A stretch of 64,000 nt of DNA from an uncultured delta proteobacterium (GTDB lineage: Bacteria > Desulfobacterota > Binatia > DP-6). Shown one piece after another: positions 56,280 through 64,000 of this stretch. How positions within the stretch are numbered: position 1 is the first letter of the stretch; each line of letters opens with the position of its first letter. The position numbers and the translations under genes are program-made. The stretch spans positions 1,344,001 through 1,408,000 of the forward strand of contig CAWFFN010000005.1 of the NCBI GenBank assembly GCA_963815115.1. Reading direction: 5' to 3'. Under the pieces are notes generated by a model that did no database searches, had not been told where the DNA came from, and saw only the letters and a program-made list of their open reading frames with translations.

Positions 56280-56724
56280 TCACGAGCCACCACGAACAGC
56301 GCGCACGTAGTACTGGTTGAAGGTCTTGTCGAAGGGGTTCATGTAGGCGTCCGTACTGTTCACGCCCCACGCTACACTCGGCGAGAGCTCGTAGGTCGCC
56401 GACGACCAGTAGGCGAACTGCTCCGTGCACGAGCAGGTCAGGACGGTGCAGCCCGGCGCGCAGGCCGTGTCGAACGCGGGCGCGATCGACGGGAACAGCG
56501 CGCCGTACACCGTTAGGGTCACCAGCTCGTTGATGTTGGGCAGCCGCCAGTCGGTGAAGCCGGCGAAGCCGCTGCCCCCGTTCAGCGTCGTGATCTTCCC
56601 GAACGCGCCCGCCCACGCATACGTGTCGTCCTTGTCGTGCACGCTGCCGTCATCCGACAACTTCTCCCACATCAACCCGGTCGTCATGTCGGTGATCGTG
56701 CCGTTGCTGTTGTCGACGTAGACG
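56280..56724 (-). pseudogene. DUF1566 domain, 5'-truncated by the 90-bp element
   Basis: YVDNSNGTITDMTTGLMWEK...DWRLPNINEL...YWSS...VRAVR. Confidence 0.85.
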
Positions 56725-56814
56725 GCCGATAGGAGCGATGAACGGGGTTTTGCGAAGATTTACGGAACGCCCCATCCCAGACCTTCGCCGCATTTTCGCC
56801 CGCTCCGTAACAAG
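56725..56814 (+). repeat. 90-bp element copy
   Basis: 2 mismatches to the copy at 58431. Confidence 0.95.
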
Positions 56815-56877
56815 GTGAGCTTCTCCCGGGGCGGCATCACGGCCGTCAGCGGGTTCGGGACCCTCGCCGACCTCGGA

Positions 56878-58143
56878 TCACCGCCCTGCCGCCACCAGCG
56901 CAGCGACCGTGAACCAGTCGTCGGTGATCCCGGCCTTCTCGCCCTGGTGGAAGTACCACCCCTGCTCACCCGGGAACCGCGGGCTCGGCAGCGACGCCTT
57001 GGTCGCGTGCTCGAGCTGCAGATCGACCATGACGATGGCCGGCGCGAAGGGCATCTCGTCCTCGTACACGATCGCGTTGCTCCCGGGAACCGACTTCCGG
57101 AAGCTGAGGTCGTTGATCCAGAGCTTCCACAGCTCTCCGGAGCGGTCGTAGATGTCGCTGAACGGGATGCCCCAGTACTCCTTGTCGATGAAGAGCACCC
57201 GCTTGGAGTACGCATACTGGGGCAGCTTCGACGTGCCCTCGATGACGTACACCTTGCGCTTCTCCCACACGTCGTCGAAGGCCCAGTCGACCTTGGAGTG
57301 CCACTTCACCGGGAAGTGTTCTGCGTGTACCGCACCCAGGACCTCCTTCTCACCGAGGTACTTCCAGTCCATCCAGGAGACTTGCCCGGCGTAGCCGTAG
57401 TAGCTGTCGACGTCGGTGTCCTGGCCGAAGAGCGCGTCGGAGCGCTGCGCCGTCGAGAGCCGCCGCACGCGCCGCAATGACGGCAGGTAGAGCCAGGAGT
57501 CGTCCTGCTTGCCGGTGTCTACGTAGCGGTTGCCGAGCGCGCCCACCCCCTTCAGGTCGAAGGGTTCGAGGATCGGATACAGCCCCTGCTGCACCCGGTA
57601 GCCGTTCGGGTTCGGCTTCTCGGGCTTGGGATCGACGTAGAGTCGGGCGGTCCAGAACAGGCGGCGCAGATGATCGAGCAGGAAGTGACGCTCGACCGTC
57701 ATCGGGCCGTTCTGCGGGATCGTGCCCGTGTCGGCGTCGAAGTTGCGCAGGTCGGTGTCGTCAAGCCCGTTCGCGAACCCGTACTCGTAGTTCCACATGA
57801 TCTTGAGGGCGAACTGCGGGTCCTTGGGATCGAGGTTCGGGAACGGCTGGCCGGCGACATAGTTGCTCACGGTGAGGCCGTCCGCCGACAGCTTCACCTG
57901 CGGCGCGTACTTCTCGGTGGCCTCCTTGTACGCCTTCGGCCACTCGACCCGCTTGGTCTCCCCGACCGTGATCGGGAATCCACGCTTGATGCACCACTCG
58001 AGGCCCGGCGAGATCAGGTCTTTTGCCTTCGCCACGTTCGTCCCGTCGATCTTGTCGCCGGGGACAACGTCGGCATGCACGCTCGCGGCGAGCGCCGACA
58101 GGACCAGTGCGATTGCGGCATACCAGGAACGACCCATGTTCAT
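56878..58143 (-). CDS. DUF1329 periplasmic protein
   Basis: Signal peptide; G-PFP, WLYLPSLRRVRR and YDRSGELWK motifs. Confidence 0.9.
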   Translation of the reverse strand: MNMGRSWYAAIALVLSALAASVHADVVPGDKIDGTNVAKAKDLISPGLEWCIKRGFPITVGETKRVEWPKAYKEATEKYAPQVKLSADGLTVSNYVAGQPFPNLDPKDPQFALKIMWNYEYGFANGLDDTDLRNFDADTGTIPQNGPMTVERHFLLDHLRRLFWTARLYVDPKPEKPNPNGYRVQQGLYPILEPFDLKGVGALGNRYVDTGKQDDSWLYLPSLRRVRRLSTAQRSDALFGQDTDVDSYYGYAGQVSWMDWKYLGEKEVLGAVHAEHFPVKWHSKVDWAFDDVWEKRKVYVIEGTSKLPQYAYSKRVLFIDKEYWGIPFSDIYDRSGELWKLWINDLSFRKSVPGSNAIVYEDEMPFAPAIVMVDLQLEHATKASLPSPRFPGEQGWYFHQGEKAGITDDWFTVAALVAAGR

Positions 58144-58430
58144 CGGCTCTCTCCTTTGGCCTTCCCTCGCCGACGCGGCGATGAGCGGAAGGTCGGCGAT
58201 CGACCCGTGACGTCCTCGACGGTCGCCGCCCGTTTGTCGATTGTCTCGGGCGGAACTTCGCGGAGGCCTCTCTGGGTCATCCTCCATTCATTCGCGCATC
58301 CCACCTCTTCTTCGGGCACTTGCGGAGCAACGATCATGCCCTCCGCCTTCCCCTGGGAGTACACCCGGGAACGCGGCAACCCAGCCGCATCGGTCGGAAT
58401 GAAACGGCCGTCTTTTCCCAACCCCGCGAA

Positions 58431-58520
58431 GCCGATAGGAGCGATGAACGGGGTTTTGCGAAGGTTTACGGAACGCCCCATCCCGGACCTTCGCCGCATT
58501 TTCGCCCGCTCCGTAACAAG
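58431..58520 (+). repeat. 90-bp element, reference copy
   Basis: GCCGATAGGAGCGATGAACGGGGTTTTGCGAAGGTTTACGGAACGCCCCATCCCGGACCTTCGCCGCATTTTCGCCCGCTCCGTAACAAG. Confidence 0.95.
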
Positions 58521-58819
58521 TGCAAGTTAAGCATGCGTAAACGTAGGGAATAGACGTAGCATCTTGTAGACCTCACCGCATATCCTGAACGGTCTGGCTT
58601 CTCGCCATGCGGATGATGGGAGTGCCGTTCTGGTCCGGCCAGCGTCAGGTAGATGTTGGTCCCGCTCATCTTCTTGATGCCCTGGGCCTGCAGCTGCTCC
58701 ATGGCCTGTTCACGCTTCGCATAAGTCCAGCCGTTGAGCGGTCGCCGTGCTCCCCGGCGGGAACGTCCTTCGGTGTGGAGCGACCTCCTTGTTTCAGGGC
58801 TCGCCGGTAAAGGACATTA

Positions 58820-60110
58820 TGGTCTTGCCCCGTCCGGGCGAACACCTGAGTTAAGCCGCTGCGCGGCGATTCCAGTATCGGTCCTCGTAGTCGACGGGGC
58901 TCATCATGTCGATGGCTGAGTGCCGACGCTGGCGGTTGTAGACGGCTTCGATCCAGTGAACGGTCGCCGTCCGTGTGCGAGCCCGGGTCGGCCATGACCG
59001 GGGCTCGATGAGCTCGAGCTTGTAGGTCGCGAAGAAGGACTCGGCGAGGGCGTTGTCCCAGCAGACGCCGGTCTTTCCCATTGACTGTTTCACGCCGTGC
59101 GCATCGCACAGTGCCCGGAACTCGGCCGAGGTGTATTGGCTTCCCCTGTCCGAGTGGAAGATGACACCCTCAACGTTTCCGCTGCGCGTAGCGACGGCCA
59201 TCATCAACGCATCGCACACGAGCGATGCGCGCAAGTGACCGGCGAGGGAGAATCCGATCACGCGACGCGAGAAGACGTCGATGACCGTCGCCAGGTACAG
59301 CCAGCCCTCCCACGTGCGGATGTAGGTGATGTCGCCGACCCACAGCATGTCGGGGGACGGCGCTTCGAACTTCCCATGCACGAGATCGGGGATCGCCGGC
59401 GGTGTCGGTTCCGGTGTCGTCGTACGGACCCAGCGCGGTGGGCGACGACCTCGCAGGCCCGCTGCCTTCATCAACCGCGCTACGCGCTTGCGGCCGACCT
59501 CGTGGCCCTGGGCCTGCAACTCAGCCAGCACGCGGGGCACGCCGTATTGGCCGTCCGACGCCGCATGGATCGCCTTGATCTTCGCCAGCAGTGCCGCATC
59601 GTCTCGTTCACGCTGCGACGGCGGCCCGTCCTGCCACTCGTAGTAGGCGGTGCGGGAGACCTGGGCGATCCGGCAAAGCTGCGTCACCGAATACCGACGA
59701 CTCTCCGCCTCGACGAACCGGTACCGGCTCATCGGGTCTCCATCGCGAAGAAAGCCGCCGCCCGCTTCAAGATGTCCCGCTCGTCGCGGAGCACCCGCAC
59801 CTCGCGCCGCAACCGCCGCAGCTCCTCGCGCTCCTCGGTCGTCAGCCCCTCCCGTTCGCCCGCGTCGACCGCCACCTGCTCGACCCAGCGGCGCACCGCC
59901 GTCTCGCTCAGGTCCATCTCCCGACAAATCGTCGGGATCGTCCGGTCACCCTGTCGCACCAAGGCGACGACCTCGGCCTTGAACGAACTCGTGAACGATC
60001 GCCGTGGGCGGCGACTCGCTCCCTTGCCCTCCACCTTCTTCCGCATCCGAACACCCTCCTCGTGGGCTCACGCCCACATCTGGGGTGTTCGCCGGTCGGG
60101 GGCAAGTCCA
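58820..60110 (-). mobile_element. Intact IS3-family element (orfA 59729-60046, orfB 58851-59732)
   Basis: TG...CA IRs; TTA TSD at 58817-58819 and 60111-60113; WVGDITY, HSDRGSQY and DNALAESFF DDE motifs; ATGA coupling of the two ORFs. Confidence 0.95.
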
Positions 60111-60182
60111 TTATCATGCATGAAAGAGACGGGTTTTTGTGGAAGGGGGGTCGGAAGTTTTATGGTGGATCAGGGAACGCTA

Positions 60183-60489
60183 ATGGACGGCGGCGGCGGG
60201 CGCGCGGTGTGGGAAGTTGCGGTTGTCGAGAGGCCGCGCAGCCGCGCGGCGGAAGTTCTGGCCAGTGTGCCGGCGATCATTGCCGGCGCCGGCGAGAAAG
60301 CGGCGTGGCGGTTCCTGGAGTTCTTCACGGCGAACATCCGGAACAAGAATACCCGCCGGGCCTATGCGCACGCCGTACGGCTGTTCTGCGCCTGGCTTGG
60401 CGAGCGCGGCATCAGCGACCTGGCTGCCGTCAACCCGGTGCTGGTGGCGGCCTATGTCGAGCATCTCGGCCGCGAGCTCTCCAAGCCCT
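60183..60489 (+). pseudogene. Tyrosine recombinase N-terminal fragment
   Basis: AGEKAAWRFLEFFTANIRNKNTRRAY...VAAYVEHL...SKPS, ending at the repeat; catalytic domain absent. Confidence 0.8.
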
Positions 60490-60582
60490 CTTGTTACGGA
60501 GCGTGCGAAAATGCGGCGAAGGTCCGGGATGGGGCGTTCTGTAAGCCTCCGCGGCAAAAGGCCCTTCGTCGTGCCTATCAGC
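60490..60582 (-). repeat. Diverged 90-bp element copy, inverted
   Basis: CTTGTTACGGAGCGTGCGAAAATGCGGCGAAGGTCCGGGATGGGGCGTTC...CCTATCAGC. Confidence 0.9.
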
Positions 60583-60888
60583 TCCATCGCATGCCCAGGC
60601 CTTCGCCGGCCTGAGCGACACGGAGCGCTGGCAGGTCGTCGGTCACGTCCGCGCCATCAGCCTGGGCGGGGCGGGAACGCCCCCAGGCCCCCGCCGGCCC
60701 TAGGCCGCGGACGGCAGTGCTCGATCCGGGCTGCCCGGGGGCCGTCCCGGCGTCGAGCCCCGTTGATCTTTGGGAAAGAGCTACCAGCAGAGGACTATCT
60801 GCCTTGACAGCAGGAGCTCACGGACGGTAGCACCCCATCAGCTACCTTCAGTTTGCTAAGAATCTCAACAATCACCAGGGGGTGGTCA

Positions 60889-63637
<2,749 letters not shown>

Positions 63638-63659
63638 GCCGCTAGCGCGAGGAGGAGAG

Positions 63660-64000
63660 ATGCAGGGGCGTGCGACTCGCGGGATGCTCCTGGCGACGGC
63701 GATCGCCGTCACCCTGTCCGCGAGCGCTCATGCTGCTCCCTGCGACACGCCGGCGAACCCCATCGTGGCGGAGAACTGCCTCCCGGGCGACTCGCCGGAT
63801 ACCTGGGACGTGAGCGGCGCGGGCGATCCGAGCATCCAGGGATTCGCCACCGACATCAGCGTCAACCGCGGTCAGACCGTGCTCTTCAAGATCGACACGG
63901 ACTCGACCAGCTACCGCCTGGACATCTATCGCATTGGCTACTACGGCGGCATGGGCGCCCGCAGGGTTGCCACCGTCCAGCCCACCGCCTCTCTGCCCCA
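63660..64000 (+). CDS. Secreted DUF4082/dimethylformamidase-beta-like protein, runs off the window
   Basis: GGAGGAG RBS, signal peptide, NPIVAENCLPG...IQGFATDISVN...YRIGYYGG. Confidence 0.7.
   Translation, partial: MQGRATRGMLLATAIAVTLSASAHAAPCDTPANPIVAENCLPGDSPDTWDVSGAGDPSIQGFATDISVNRGQTVLFKIDTDSTSYRLDIYRIGYYGGMGARRVATVQPTASLP

Noticed and set aside
49806-58520. 90-bp repeats as a CRISPR array
   Set aside because: The repeats are too long, the spacing is 1.6-3.7 kb and irregular, and there are no cas genes.
58431-58520. Peptide encoded by the repeat (PIGAMNGVLRRFTERPIPDLRRIFARSVT or its antisense)
   Set aside because: It appears in unrelated shadow ORFs only because the repeat lacks stops; there is no consistent start or stop context.
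30836-60582. 90-bp repeats as integron attC sites
   Set aside because: The TAAC box lies at the wrong end relative to the hairpin, the flanks are broken genes rather than whole cassettes, and there is no intI.
45546-60582. 90-bp element as a conserved structured RNA
   Set aside because: Diverged copies break stem pairs without clear compensatory changes, so a DNA site is favoured, although RNA is not excluded.

Overview
High-GC bacterial DNA. The DUF1329, DUF1566 and Cys-rich secreted proteins suggest a Binatia/deltaproteobacterium-like genome (inference only). Bases 1-19.7 kb look like intact chromosome: an outer-membrane beta-barrel coupled to a ~10-heme cytochrome with an LVIVD propeller, a TPR-barrel/FecR/CHASE2-cyclase/cNMP-protein operon, a c554-like multiheme protein, MscS-cNMP, ppk1 and an oxidoreductase. 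A tmRNA gene lies at 19908-20257. Downstream of it (20.3-60.6 kb) is a ~40 kb mosaic with tandem att-bounded islets, many toxin-antitoxin modules, a DUF3427 nuclease-helicase, IS110/IS1111, IS256 and IS3 elements, and many gene fragments. The main unexplained signal is a ~90-bp non-coding element (GCCGATAGG...CCGTAACAA) with 5 near-identical and 3-4 diverged copies. It has no target duplications, several copies sit where unrelated genes are truncated, and IS110/IS1111 elements have inserted into it or at its left-end motif. The window ends in secreted Cys-repeat proteins.
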